This document shows, in pieces, positions 9,193 through 19,340 of a stretch of 64,000 nt of DNA. Both the position numbers and the translations under genes were made by a program. Numbering within the stretch: position 1 is the first letter of the stretch; every line of letters starts with the position of its first letter. This stretch comes from Planctomycetota bacterium (lineage in GTDB: Bacteria; Planctomycetota; JAJSAM01; JAJVHW01), in the NCBI GenBank assembly GCA_965248445.1, contig CBDFJG010000003.1, positions 1,472,001 to 1,536,000 on the forward strand, read 5' to 3'. The notes below the pieces were generated by a model. The model was given only the letters and a program-made list of their open reading frames with translations. It did no database searches and was not told the DNA's origin.

Positions 9193-10425
9193 TCAGCATA
9201 TCTGAGGCCCCGCTCGAGGCCGAGGGAATGCGCTACGAAGGCCCCCCCCAGGCTCGCCCGGGACGTCCTTCGCGCGCGCCAGCTCACGTGCCGCAAAGGC
9301 CCGGATCCTCTCGTCCCCGTGCTCCGCGGCGGCGGCCTCGAGGTGTGCCCTCGCCTCGCCGTCACGCCGGAACGATCGCGCAAGAAGAACGCCCACACGG
9401 AAGTGCGCCTCGGCCTGGTCCTCGCCGCGCGGCTCGGTCTCGAGGTAGCGCTGGTACGCCTCGTAGGCGTCGCGCGAGCGCCCCCGGCGGAAGAACTCGT
9501 GCGCGATCTCGATCTGCACAGCGCCGGGCAAGGGCTGCTCGCGCATCGCGCGCTCGTAGATTGGGTAGAGACGGACCGCATCGGACGTGCGGCCCTCGTG
9601 GACGGCGCGGACGAGGTCCTCCTCCACCGCGATCAGATCGGACTCGACCATGTCCACGGACTTGCGCTTGCGCCACCTGGGCACGAAGCGCGCGAGGTGG
9701 CGGTCTGCCGCGCGCCTCGCGAACCCGGTGTGCGCGTCCCACGCGTCACCCATCTTTCCTCCGCCGGCGTGCGGTTTGAGCCAGGTGCCCGCGGCGATCC
9801 CCATCAGCGCGCCACCGAGGTGCGCCGCGGTGGCGACACTGCCGTGGGACGGTCCGCGCGCCAGGACAGTCAACGCGAAGTCCTGCACGAACCACGCGCC
9901 GATGATCCACTTGGCTCGCACCCTGAACACGTGCGCCGGGATGAGCAGCAGGAGCCGGATGCGCGCCTCGGGGAAGAACACGAGGTAGACACCCATGACC
10001 GCGAAGATCGCGCCCGACGCGCCGATCAACGGGACGAGGTGGAAGTCACCGTCCGCCGGCGCGAAGGCCGACATGCCGACGAACGCCCAGGAGGCCAGCA
10101 CGCCGCCCACGAGGTAGAGCGCGCCGAAGCCCACCCGGCCCAGTTTGTCCTCAACGTTGTCGCCCACGATCCAGAGCACCCACATGTTGCCGAGCAGGTG
10201 CAGCGGGTCCGCGTGCAGGAACAGCGAAGAGAGCAGATGCCAGGAGAACGGCTCGGTCGAGAGGAAGCCGTACGCGGCGAACGCCTCCTCGAGCACCTCC
10301 AGGCCTCCCGTGAGCCCGAGGCGGAGGTTGATCAGGACGAAGACGACGACGTTGAGCGCGATCAGCGAATACGTGACGACCGCCGTACGGCGTGCCGGGT
10401 TCTCGTCGCCAATCGGGAACAACAC
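9193..10425 (-). CDS. Rhomboid intramembrane serine protease with a C-terminal TPR-like region
   Basis: FPIGD N-terminus, HLLGNM, GASG and AHLGG motifs. Start approximate. Confidence 0.88.
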   Translation of the reverse strand: MLFPIGDENPARRTAVVTYSLIALNVVVFVLINLRLGLTGGLEVLEEAFAAYGFLSTEPFSWHLLSSLFLHADPLHLLGNMWVLWIVGDNVEDKLGRVGFGALYLVGGVLASWAFVGMSAFAPADGDFHLVPLIGASGAIFAVMGVYLVFFPEARIRLLLLIPAHVFRVRAKWIIGAWFVQDFALTVLARGPSHGSVATAAHLGGALMGIAAGTWLKPHAGGGKMGDAWDAHTGFARRAADRHLARFVPRWRKRKSVDMVESDLIAVEEDLVRAVHEGRTSDAVRLYPIYERAMREQPLPGAVQIEIAHEFFRRGRSRDAYEAYQRYLETEPRGEDQAEAHFRVGVLLARSFRRDGEARAHLEAAAAEHGDERIRAFAARELARAKDVPGEPGGGLRSAFPRPRAGPQIC

Positions 10426-10488
10426 CCGCAGACGTTCCCCGGTGCCCGCACCCACTGCAATGTTTCGCTCGATGACTAGTCTGTCGGT

Positions 10489-11127
10489 GTGGGCAAGGCA
10501 GGCACCCCGACCTCAGACGAGCGGCTGGCGCGGACAATCCGCTCGTACGAAGACGGCGTGGACGTCTTCACAAAGCGGACCGCCGACAGATCGCGGATCA
10601 CGGAATGGGCGGCGCAGTTCGGAGACTGGGTGGGCGATGGCGGCATCGTGGCCGACGTGGGCTGCGGTCCGGGCCACGACTGCGAGCTCCTGAGTCGCAT
10701 GGGATTGCGTGTCGTCGGCCTGGACCTGACTCACGGCATGCTGCGGCGCGCGGCGTCCGACCGACCGGGACACTACGCTTGCGCGGACATGCGCCGGTTG
10801 CCGCTCCGGGACGACTCGGTCCAGGGCCTCTTCGCGAACGCATCGATGCTCCACATCGCGCTCGCGGACGTGAACGCAACGCTGATGGAGTTCCGGCGTG
10901 TGCTCGCTCCGTGCGGCACCCTCTTCCTGACTCTCAAGTGCGGAGACGGCGAGACGCTGGTGAAAAACCCGTACCCGGGCATGTCCGACCGCTGGTTCAC
11001 CTACTGGCAGGACGAGCCGCTGAACGAAGCGCTGGGAACGGCGGGCTTCGAGATCCTCGAGTCGCGGCGGACACCGAGTAACCGACCGGACAACCCGGAC
11101 TGGCTCATGCGGCTGTGCCGGAGCTGA
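10489..11127 (+). CDS. Class I SAM-dependent methyltransferase
   Basis: DVGCGPG, VVGLD, ADMRRLP and NASMLH motifs. Confidence 0.9.
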   Translation: MGKAGTPTSDERLARTIRSYEDGVDVFTKRTADRSRITEWAAQFGDWVGDGGIVADVGCGPGHDCELLSRMGLRVVGLDLTHGMLRRAASDRPGHYACADMRRLPLRDDSVQGLFANASMLHIALADVNATLMEFRRVLAPCGTLFLTLKCGDGETLVKNPYPGMSDRWFTYWQDEPLNEALGTAGFEILESRRTPSNRPDNPDWLMRLCRS

Positions 11128-11130
11128 CGC

Positions 11131-12078
11131 TTACCTCGTCAGCTTCCTGCGCAGCTCGGACTCGAACTTCACCGCCGCGTCGAACGTGGACGTGATCCGC
11201 AACTCGGACTTCGTGACGTCCCACAGTCGCTCGATCGCCTTCTTGTAGTCCTTGTCCTTCGCGAGAGTTCGCGCGGTCGAGAGCGCCTCGTCCTGGTCGG
11301 CCAGTCGCCGCTGCACAGTCTTCCAATACTCCGGGAACGCGTCCTCGGCGGTGCGCGCCAGGAACTTCGTGATCTCCTTGGACCTCCGCATCGGTCGGGT
11401 GGCCGCAACGACCTTCAGGTCCTGGCCGATGACCGTCAGGGCCGGCCCGTCGCCCGTCGAGAAGCGGCGCAACAGGTCCGCATCGCTCTCGCCCGCGTCG
11501 ACCATCACCAGCCGATACAGCTTGCTCCACCGCGCAACGGTCTCGTCGTCGAACGCGTCACACAGATCGTGCGACTTCTTGGCGTTGCCGGAGAGCGGCG
11601 CGTGGTGATCGTCCTCTTCGCCATCGTGCGCGTGGTCGTTCGCGTGGTCGACGTCGTGCGGGTGGTGGATGTAGAGCAGCGTCGGACGCGGACCGGAGCG
11701 GCGCATCCGGAGCACCTTCGCGAGGTGCGCGTCGAGATCCGCGGCAGCTTCCGCATCGTTCCCCGTCAGCGTCCGAGGCTGGGTCAGCACCACGCGCATC
11801 CACTGGATGTGCGTCATCACGTCGGCGTCGTCGCCCCGCGCTCCCGTCCGCGCGGAGTAGCCGCCCCCGCCGCCGGTCAGGTCCGTCGCACCGCCCGTGA
11901 TCGGTCCGGCAGCGCGGCCGGGCGCCGGCGGCGCCTCGGGGTTGCCGCCCGTCGAGCCAATCGTCTCGCCGACGACGACCACACGTCCGCCGCCCCCACC
12001 GCAGCTGGGCGCCACGAAGTGAAACGTGAACAGCGCTGTTGCCAGCGCGGGGACGAGCAGAGAGTGTGTCGTGAACAT
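11131..12078 (-). CDS. Secreted hypothetical protein with a Gly-rich linker, a His/Asp-rich loop and a possible thioredoxin-like fold
   Basis: Signal-like N-terminus, HHPHDVDHANDHAHDGEEDDHH segment, GGAGG upstream. Confidence 0.7.
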   Translation of the reverse strand: MFTTHSLLVPALATALFTFHFVAPSCGGGGGRVVVVGETIGSTGGNPEAPPAPGRAAGPITGGATDLTGGGGGYSARTGARGDDADVMTHIQWMRVVLTQPRTLTGNDAEAAADLDAHLAKVLRMRRSGPRPTLLYIHHPHDVDHANDHAHDGEEDDHHAPLSGNAKKSHDLCDAFDDETVARWSKLYRLVMVDAGESDADLLRRFSTGDGPALTVIGQDLKVVAATRPMRRSKEITKFLARTAEDAFPEYWKTVQRRLADQDEALSTARTLAKDKDYKKAIERLWDVTKSELRITSTFDAAVKFESELRRKLTR

Positions 12079-12103
12079 GGGAGCCTCCGTGTTGCGATCC
12101 GCC

Positions 12104-14053
12104 TTAGCGGATGGTCATGAGCTTGTAGAGGGACGGAGCGGCGCCGATCGCCCTGTAGTTGAAGCCGGCAACGAAGCCGCGCACGACGGACGGGCGCCCT
12201 TGCGCCGCGACGTCGCCGAGTGCTCGGACTGCCAGCAGTCGCGCCTCGACGTCGCTCGGGAGCACGGCGTCGGCCGTGACGATGGAGACGAGAGGAACGA
12301 TCGCGCGGCGATCGCCGAGGCGGCCGAGCGCCAGCGCGACGGTACCGCGCAGATGACGGCTCTCCGTGTCCGCGAACAGCGCCAGCAGTTCCTCCACCGC
12401 GCGAGCGTCATCTCCGAACGCAGCCGCTGTTGCCGCCTGCAATTGGACGGCACGGCTGCGATCGCCGACGAGCGCGTCCACGACCTCGGACCGCGCCTCG
12501 TTGCCGCCGAGCAAGCCGAGCGACATCACGACCTTGCCGCGCAAGTGCTCGGCGCCCGCGAGATCGTCCACGCGGTACTCGCAGGCGAGCAGGTCTCCGG
12601 TCGCCGCCGTGTCGCGGGCGAGGCCGAGTCCGATGGCACACGCCCCGCGGACGCGGGGGCGCACAGCCGAGACGGAGTCCCATGCCGCCCGTAGCGGCCG
12701 GCGCGCCGCTGCCGCGTGCTCGGCGCGTCCTTCGCTGCCTCCGAGCGCGGTCGCGAGACCGAGCGCCAGCGCAGCGTACGGACGCACGATCTCTGCAGGC
12801 TGTCCGCTCGACAGCTGCTTACGCAGCGTGACCCACAGCCTCTGTTCGTGCCGTTCCGCGAGTGCGTGCTCGGCGATCACGCGACCGATCGAGAGGAGCG
12901 CGAACCCCCGCACAGCTGCGTCCTCGTCATCTTCGGCCGCACTGCGCAGCGCATTCGCGGTGGCCTGCGGCGCGCGGTCGGACTCGACGGCCCCGAGGCG
13001 GCCGAGGGCCAACACCGCCGAACGGCGCACGTTGACGTCCGCGCGGAAGTGGAAGAGCTGCGCCGTGATGACGCGACGAACCGCGTCCGGCCCCGCCGTC
13101 GCACCTGCGCTCCCGATCCGGCCCAGGGCGTCGATCGCGAACGACCGGGCGCTGGCGGGAACGGACGGCGGCTCCGTCGTCGCCATGTCCGGGTGCACCA
13201 CGTGCAAGAGCGGATCGACGGCAGACTCGTGCCCCAGGTAGCCCAGTGTGAGCAGCGTCGCCGCCGCGGTGTCGTCGTCCATCACGTCGATCGTGAGGAG
13301 ATCGAGCAGGAAGGTGGTCGCGCGTTCCTCATCCCCCGTGCTGCGCCCCAAGAGACCGAGCGCGACGATCGCGAACGAGCGAGTGCGCCCGCCTTCCCGC
13401 CGCATGGCCGCTGCGTTCAACGCGTTCCACGCGATAGGCAAGTCGGCGCCCAGCACGCCGAGCGCCAGCGCTGCTGCTTCCTGGACGTCCTGTGCGACCG
13501 TGTCGTCGTCGTTCCTCAGGAGCCGGGCGAATCGCCCGGCCTGCGTCGTGTCGCCGGCTTTGGCGAGCGACAGCGCGGCCGCCGCGCGAACGCGCGCCCC
13601 CTCGTCGTCCGATGCGAGGATCGCGCGTAACTGCGGGAGGATCTCCTCGCGGATCGCGCCCCTGGTCGCGTGCTCGATACGCGCGCGCGGCGCCCGGCGC
13701 GAGAAGACGGATGCTGCACCACCACCGACCTCGGCAGGCGCCCCGGTCCGCAGGGCCACGAGCACCTCGTCGCGGTTGAAGTTCCACCAGTACGTCCAGT
13801 CCCACGCGGTATCGGCCATCGCCTCCGCGCCGGCGACCGCGTCGAGCGCTCCCGGCGTTCCGGCGATCGTGATGTCGAGGGCCTCCGCCGTCTGGGGAGC
13901 GGCCTGACCGGTCGGCTGCCCGGCGCCTCCGGGACCCGGTTTGGGCGTCGGTGCCGGACGGCTGGTCGCGGTCGCGACCGGCGCGAGGCAGGTCAGCGCG
14001 AAGAGGCTGAAGAAGAGGCCGCAGATGCTCCGAAGCGACGCCTGTCCGTGCAT
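12104..14053 (-). CDS. Secreted HEAT-repeat protein
   Basis: Signal peptide, WDWTYWWNFNRD motif and many xRxxAAxALG repeats. Start chosen at MHGQ. Confidence 0.82.
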   Translation of the reverse strand: MHGQASLRSICGLFFSLFALTCLAPVATATSRPAPTPKPGPGGAGQPTGQAAPQTAEALDITIAGTPGALDAVAGAEAMADTAWDWTYWWNFNRDEVLVALRTGAPAEVGGGAASVFSRRAPRARIEHATRGAIREEILPQLRAILASDDEGARVRAAAALSLAKAGDTTQAGRFARLLRNDDDTVAQDVQEAAALALGVLGADLPIAWNALNAAAMRREGGRTRSFAIVALGLLGRSTGDEERATTFLLDLLTIDVMDDDTAAATLLTLGYLGHESAVDPLLHVVHPDMATTEPPSVPASARSFAIDALGRIGSAGATAGPDAVRRVITAQLFHFRADVNVRRSAVLALGRLGAVESDRAPQATANALRSAAEDDEDAAVRGFALLSIGRVIAEHALAERHEQRLWVTLRKQLSSGQPAEIVRPYAALALGLATALGGSEGRAEHAAAARRPLRAAWDSVSAVRPRVRGACAIGLGLARDTAATGDLLACEYRVDDLAGAEHLRGKVVMSLGLLGGNEARSEVVDALVGDRSRAVQLQAATAAAFGDDARAVEELLALFADTESRHLRGTVALALGRLGDRRAIVPLVSIVTADAVLPSDVEARLLAVRALGDVAAQGRPSVVRGFVAGFNYRAIGAAPSLYKLMTIR

Positions 14054-14296
14054 CTCTGCTCCCTTCCAGCGGGAGCGCCGCGATCCGTTGGCGCTCACGG
14101 GGCGGGCAACGCAACCGCGATACCGCGAGCCGCGAGAGGGCGATGCGTCGTCTCAAGAGTCTGCGGAGCAACGATTTGCGCTCGATCCGCTGGACGGTGG
14201 GCAGCGTTACCGGCCCGTCACGGCCGGGGAGCGACAGACACGCACCCGCAGTGCGAAGCGGCGCGCCTTACGTGTTCGGACGCGAGATGAAACGTC

Positions 14297-14327
14297 GCTG
14301 TAGGGGCGGGGCGCTGCCCCGCCCGCG
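14297..14327 (+). repeat. GTAG-type REP-like hairpin
   Basis: gctGTAGgggcggggcgctgccccgcccgcg; 30 of 31 nt identical to 46376-46406. Confidence 0.7.
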
Positions 14328-14401
14328 CTCTCGTCGAGGACACTGCGCGGCCCATACGACGCCACGCCGGTGCGCTGCGCGCACGCGTCGCGGCTCCGCC
14401 G

Positions 14402-15457
14402 CTACTTCTGCAGCGCCTCGACGACCCAGTCGCCGATCTCGCTGGTGCCGTGGGTGCCGGCGCGGAGGCTCTTCACCTTGCCGGTGACGAGCAGTTCGCT
14501 GACTGCGCCATCGATCGCGGCCCCGGCCTCCCTCTCGCCGAGGTGATCCAGCATCATGGCCACGGCCACGACGGCTGCGATCGGGTTGGCCTTGTTTTGC
14601 CCGGCGTACTTGGGCGCGGAACCATGGATCGGCTCGAACATCGACACCCTGCCCGGGTGGATGTTGCCCGAGGCCGCGATGCCCATGCCGCCCTGAATCG
14701 CGGCGCCGAGGTCGGTGATGATGTCGCCGAACAGGTTCGGCGTGACGATCGTGTCGTAGTGCTCCGGGCTCTTCAGGAACCACATGCACGTCGCATCGAC
14801 GTAGCCGTGGTCCGTCTCGATGTCCGGATACTCCTTCGCGATCTCGGCGAAGACGCGTGTCCACAGATCCTGCGCTCGGATGGCGTTCGCCTTGTCCACG
14901 AGCGTCAGGCGCTTCTTCTTGTCGCGCCGACGGCAGAGATCGAACGAGTAGCGAATCACGCGCTCGACGCCGTCGCGCGTCCAGACCATCGTCTGCGTGG
15001 CGACCTCGCTCTTCGTGCCCTTGCGCAGGATGCCGCCGATGCCGGCGTACGCACCCTCGGTGTTCTCACGCACGACGGTGAAGTCGACGTCCTCCGGTTT
15101 CTTGCCCTTGATCGGGCAGAGTCGCTCGTCGTACAGCTTGATGGGCCGCAGGTTGACGTACAGGTCGAGACCGAACCGGACGCCCGCGATGATCGCGCGC
15201 TCCAGCATGCCGACCTCGACGCGCGGATCGCCGATGGCGCCGAGGAAGATGGCGTCGTGGCCGGACAGTTCCGCCAGCGCCCTCTCCGGCAGCATCTCGC
15301 CCGTCTCGAGGTAGTGGTCCGTGCCGTACGGGTAGTCCGTCGTCTCGACGTTGAAACCGAAGATCTCCGACGCCGTGTGCAGGGCCTTCAAGCCCTCGCG
15401 CACGACCTCGGGTCCGATTCCGTCGCCGCCCAGCACAGCGATCCGATGCGTCGCCAT
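14402..15457 (-). CDS. leuB: 3-isopropylmalate dehydrogenase (isocitrate/isopropylmalate dehydrogenase family)
   Basis: GDGIGPEV, NLRP, RENTEG, DKAN, NLFGDIITD and EPIHGSAP motifs. Confidence 0.85.
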   Translation of the reverse strand: MATHRIAVLGGDGIGPEVVREGLKALHTASEIFGFNVETTDYPYGTDHYLETGEMLPERALAELSGHDAIFLGAIGDPRVEVGMLERAIIAGVRFGLDLYVNLRPIKLYDERLCPIKGKKPEDVDFTVVRENTEGAYAGIGGILRKGTKSEVATQTMVWTRDGVERVIRYSFDLCRRRDKKKRLTLVDKANAIRAQDLWTRVFAEIAKEYPDIETDHGYVDATCMWFLKSPEHYDTIVTPNLFGDIITDLGAAIQGGMGIAASGNIHPGRVSMFEPIHGSAPKYAGQNKANPIAAVVAVAMMLDHLGEREAGAAIDGAVSELLVTGKVKSLRAGTHGTSEIGDWVVEALQK

Positions 15458-15524
15458 CCGTGTTCTCCGTCCGTGTGAGTTGAGTGAGTTCTGAGTCTCT
15501 GCCTGAGGTTCAGCTGTGAGCCGT

Positions 15525-16733
15525 CTAGGAGGCCGCTGGATTCTCGAGAAGGACCGCGATGCCCTGGCCGCCGCCGATGCACGCCGACGCGATGCCGTAG
15601 CGGCTGCCGCGATCCGACAACTCGCGCGCGATGGTGAGCAGGAGGCGCGTGCCCGTGGCTCCCAGCGGATGCCCCAGGGCGATCGCGCCCCCGTTGACGT
15701 TCACCTTCTCGCGGTCGAGCTCGAGCTCCTTCTCGCACGCCAGGTACTGCGCCGAGAAGGCCTCGTTGATCTCGAAGAGGTCGATCTGGTCCATCGAGAC
15801 GCCCGTCTTGTCGCAGACGCTGCGAATGGCCGGCACGGGGCCGATCCCCATGATCTTCGGATCGACGCCGGCGTACGCCCATCCGCGCACGATCGCGAGC
15901 GGCTTGCGGCCGGACGCGCGCGCGTTCTCGGCCGTGGTCGCGATCAGAGCTGCCGCGCCGTCCACGATGCCCGACGCGTTGCCGGCCGTGACGGTGCCTT
16001 CCTTGCCGAATGCCGCGCGCAGCTTGCTCAGCGCCTCGAGCGACGTGTCGGGCTTGATGTGGTCGTCGGAGTCCGCCACGAACTCCTTGCGGCCCTTCTT
16101 GACGGTGACCGGGACGATCTCCGCCGCGAACTTGCCGGCCTGCACTGCAGCCGTGCCGAGCTGGTGCGAGCGGAACGCGTACTCGTCCTGCTCCGCGCGC
16201 GAGATGTCGTGCTGCTTGGCGAGGTTCTCCGCGGTCTGCGCCATGAAGAACCCGCAGAACGGGTCCATCAGCGAGGCGAACAGCAGGTCCTCCATCTCGA
16301 CACCGGGTCCAAGACGCAGTCCCGAGCGCAGGCCGCGCACCACGTGCGGCGCCTGGCTCATGTTCTCCATGCCGCCGGCGACCATCGTCGTGCCCTCGCC
16401 GAGCATCAGCATCTGCGAGACGTTGACGAGGCTCTGCAGTCCGCTGCCGCAGAGACGGTTGACGGTCAGCGCGGGGACCTTCTGGTCCACGCCCGCCTTC
16501 AACGCGACATGCCGGGCGCCGTAGATGGCGTCCGACGACGTCTGCAGCGCGTTGCCGACGACCACGTGGTCGATCTCGTCGGCGGAGACACCCGTCTTGG
16601 CGAGCGCTCCCTCGAGCGCGCGGGCGCCGAGGTCGTTGGCGCTGACGGTGTTGAACTTGCCGAACCCCGGTGTACCGACGTACTCCGCCATCGCGGTACG
16701 CGCGCCCCCCAGGATCACGATCTCCTTCGACAT
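15525..16733 (-). CDS. Thiolase (acetyl-CoA C-acyltransferase)
   Basis: NRLCGSG, NEAF, GHPLGATG and CIGGGQG motifs. Confidence 0.93.
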   Translation of the reverse strand: MSKEIVILGGARTAMAEYVGTPGFGKFNTVSANDLGARALEGALAKTGVSADEIDHVVVGNALQTSSDAIYGARHVALKAGVDQKVPALTVNRLCGSGLQSLVNVSQMLMLGEGTTMVAGGMENMSQAPHVVRGLRSGLRLGPGVEMEDLLFASLMDPFCGFFMAQTAENLAKQHDISRAEQDEYAFRSHQLGTAAVQAGKFAAEIVPVTVKKGRKEFVADSDDHIKPDTSLEALSKLRAAFGKEGTVTAGNASGIVDGAAALIATTAENARASGRKPLAIVRGWAYAGVDPKIMGIGPVPAIRSVCDKTGVSMDQIDLFEINEAFSAQYLACEKELELDREKVNVNGGAIALGHPLGATGTRLLLTIARELSDRGSRYGIASACIGGGQGIAVLLENPAAS

Positions 16734-16811
16734 GTCCTCATCTCCTCTCGTCCCGGCGCGTCGGTCTCGCAGTGCGTCCCGGCCGGGGTGGACGCACCGC
16801 CGCGGCGCCGC

Positions 16812-17606
16812 TCAGGCGCCGCAGAAGTCGGGCTTCCGCTTCTCCAGGAATGCGCGAGTGCCCTCGCGCATGTCCGCCGTCGCGAAGACCAGCCCAAACA
16901 GGTCGCGCTCGGCGGCAAGTCCGTCTTCGAGCGAGCCCCCGATGCCGCGCAGCACCGCGTCGGTCGCGAAACGCACGGCCACAGGTCCACGCTTCGCGAT
17001 GCGGCCGGCCGTCTTCAGCGCCGTGGCCGTCAGGTCCTCCGGCGGGACGACCTGCGTGACGAGGCCGTACGAGAGCGCCGTCTGCGCATCGATCATGTCG
17101 CCGGTCTGGATCATGGCAAGCGCGCGGCCCACCCCGATCGTGCGCGCCAGCCGCTGCGTGCCGCCGTACCCGGGAATGACGCCGAGCGTGACCTCGGGAA
17201 GCCCCATGCGAGCGTTCTCCGAGGCGATCCTGACGTGGCAGGCCAGCGCCAGTTCGAGTCCGCCGCCGAGCGCGAACCCGTTGATCGCTCCGACGACCGG
17301 CTTGCCGCAGGCTTCGAGCGCGCCGAGTACCCGCTGGCCCTTGGCGGACGCCGCGCGGGCACCGGTGGGCGTGAGCGCGGCGAGTTCCTCGATGTCGGCA
17401 CCGGCCACGAAGGCCTTCGGTCCGTCGCCGGTCACGACGAGTGCGACCACCGCGTCGTCTTCAGTCAGCTCGGCGATCGCGGACTCGAACTCGTCGAGCG
17501 TGCGGTCGTTGAGGGCGTTCAGCGCCTCGGGACGGCAGATCGTGACGACGGCGATGCCGTCGTCGACGCGCGTCTGCACGAACTCCCGAGTACCCGAATC
17601 AGCCAT
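16812..17606 (-). CDS. Enoyl-CoA hydratase (crotonase)
   Basis: FVAGADI, GGGLELALAC and PEVTLGVIPGYGGTQR motifs. GGAG precedes ATG 17606. Confidence 0.92.
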   Translation of the reverse strand: MADSGTREFVQTRVDDGIAVVTICRPEALNALNDRTLDEFESAIAELTEDDAVVALVVTGDGPKAFVAGADIEELAALTPTGARAASAKGQRVLGALEACGKPVVGAINGFALGGGLELALACHVRIASENARMGLPEVTLGVIPGYGGTQRLARTIGVGRALAMIQTGDMIDAQTALSYGLVTQVVPPEDLTATALKTAGRIAKRGPVAVRFATDAVLRGIGGSLEDGLAAERDLFGLVFATADMREGTRAFLEKRKPDFCGA

Positions 17607-17625
17607 CAACGACTCCCTGCCTCTG

Positions 17626-17676
17626 TTCAAGAAGGCCCTGCCCGTATTCAAGAAGGCCGGCCCGTGTTCAAGAAGG
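17626..17676. repeat. Three direct repeats of TTCAAGAAGG spaced 21 and 20 bp
   Basis: Copies at 17626, 17647 and 17667, directly upstream of the crotonase RBS. Confidence 0.8.
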
Positions 17677-17862
17677 ACCGGCCCGTCGGGACGGCCGTCC
17701 GGAGGTCTCCCGACGCACTTTCCCGTCGCATGGCGCGAGGGAACGGGCGACGGTACCCGCGACCCTGGGGAGGGGCCAGAACTCCTGGCTCCGGACGGCT
17801 CTCTCAGGCTCCCGGTCGTCGACTTTCCCGCCCGGCGTGCGCGTGTGCCGCAACGCGGGTGG

Positions 17863-19293
17863 TCAGAGCGTCTCCAGGAAGGCCTGGAAGTCGTTCTCGA
17901 GCTTCTGCAGATCGGCCCCGAACGTCTCGTCGAACAGCTGCTGCGAGGGCTTGGCATCGCCGGCGTCCGGCTTGTCGAACACGGCCCCGAGCGCCTTGCC
18001 GCGGCACATGTCCTCCCACGTCTCGAAGCGCTCGCGGAGGTTGTCGCCCCCGCCCTTGCGGAGGAACGTCACGAGCGCCCACGATTCGGCGTAGAAGTTC
18101 CGCGCCTTCCCCTTGTCGGACTGCAAGAGCTTGAGCGCGTTGCCGGCGAACAGCGTCTTCAGCGGGATGTAGTTCTTCTCGTTCTTGAGCGCATCGGTCT
18201 TGTGCTTGGCGAGGTTCCCGTGCGTGGTCAGCTCGCCGTCCTTCCAGGTGTAGACACCCTGCCCGCCGTAGGTCTCCGCGAAGCCCTCGCTGTACCAGCT
18301 CGGCATCATCGAGCGCGTGACGCCGTACATGAACAGGTGCGACATCTCGTGCAGCGCGATGCCGAGCACGTTGTGACGGTCTTGTCCCTTGCCGTTGACG
18401 AGTGCCAGGTTGGCGCCGCCGATGGCGAGACCGGCCGCGACCCGGTGTGCCTTCATCTCCGCCGCTTCGAGATACGCCTCGTAGGTCTTGGTCTCGTTGA
18501 ACACGAAGATCGTCATGCGCTTGGTCGGCCGTCCGCCGGTGTCCTCGGTCAGGATCGGCAGCAGCGCCTCGCAACAGGCGAGCACGTCCGCCGCCTCCTC
18601 CTGACTCGTCTGACTGCGCACGCGGAGCCGCTCGGACTCGACCTCGTGGATCGCCGACACGTCCGGGATGCGCTCCAGGAACTTGTCCCGGACGTACAGC
18701 TTGTCGTTGATCGTGATCGCCTCGCCGACGATCTCGGTCGACAGGTCGGCGGGGAGCTTGCCCGCATCGATCTCGACCAGGCCCTTGTCGTTGACCTCGA
18801 GCGGCATGTCGCGCGCACGCAACAGCGCGAGGAACTCCTGCTTGCCCTGCTCGAGACCCTTGCCGTGCGCCCACTTGGCAAGTCTGAACCGGTCCTTCTC
18901 AGCCGACTTGGTGGCCTTCTGCGTCTTCTTCTCATACGCGGCGAGCAGTTTGGTGTGCGTCTTGCGGCGGCGCTTCTTCCAGAAGTCGTCGCCCAGCGAC
19001 CGCACCATGTTGAGCACCTTCTGCGCCCCCGGGTGGCGGTGCTCGGAGACCTCAACTGCGCGGATGAACTCGGCGGTCGCCTGGGACACGAGCCCCTGGT
19101 TGCGGCACCAGATTCCGAGTTCGAGGTGCCGGTGCCCCGACTCCACGAGCACCTTGCGCTTCTTCTTGTCGAAGTCCTGCCCGGCCTTGAGCGCCGCGCG
19201 GTCGAACTTGTCCTGCGCGACGGCGGGCGCGGCGACAGGGGTGAGAAGCAGCAGAAGAACAACAACAAGCGCAATCCCGAGCACGCGCTGCAT
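17863..19293 (-). CDS. Secreted DUF1570-like gluzincin metallopeptidase-domain protein
   Basis: Signal peptide; HEMSH, PSWYSEGFAE and FYAESWALV motifs. Confidence 0.82.
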   Translation of the reverse strand: MQRVLGIALVVVLLLLLTPVAAPAVAQDKFDRAALKAGQDFDKKKRKVLVESGHRHLELGIWCRNQGLVSQATAEFIRAVEVSEHRHPGAQKVLNMVRSLGDDFWKKRRRKTHTKLLAAYEKKTQKATKSAEKDRFRLAKWAHGKGLEQGKQEFLALLRARDMPLEVNDKGLVEIDAGKLPADLSTEIVGEAITINDKLYVRDKFLERIPDVSAIHEVESERLRVRSQTSQEEAADVLACCEALLPILTEDTGGRPTKRMTIFVFNETKTYEAYLEAAEMKAHRVAAGLAIGGANLALVNGKGQDRHNVLGIALHEMSHLFMYGVTRSMMPSWYSEGFAETYGGQGVYTWKDGELTTHGNLAKHKTDALKNEKNYIPLKTLFAGNALKLLQSDKGKARNFYAESWALVTFLRKGGGDNLRERFETWEDMCRGKALGAVFDKPDAGDAKPSQQLFDETFGADLQKLENDFQAFLETL

Positions 19294-19340
19294 GTGAGCC
19301 TCCCTATGCAGGAGGCGACTCTACGGGACCCTTGGCGCTT

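Noticed and set aside
17626..17690. Possible mini CRISPR array
   Set aside because: Units are 20-21 bp with similar, very short spacers, and no cas genes are present.
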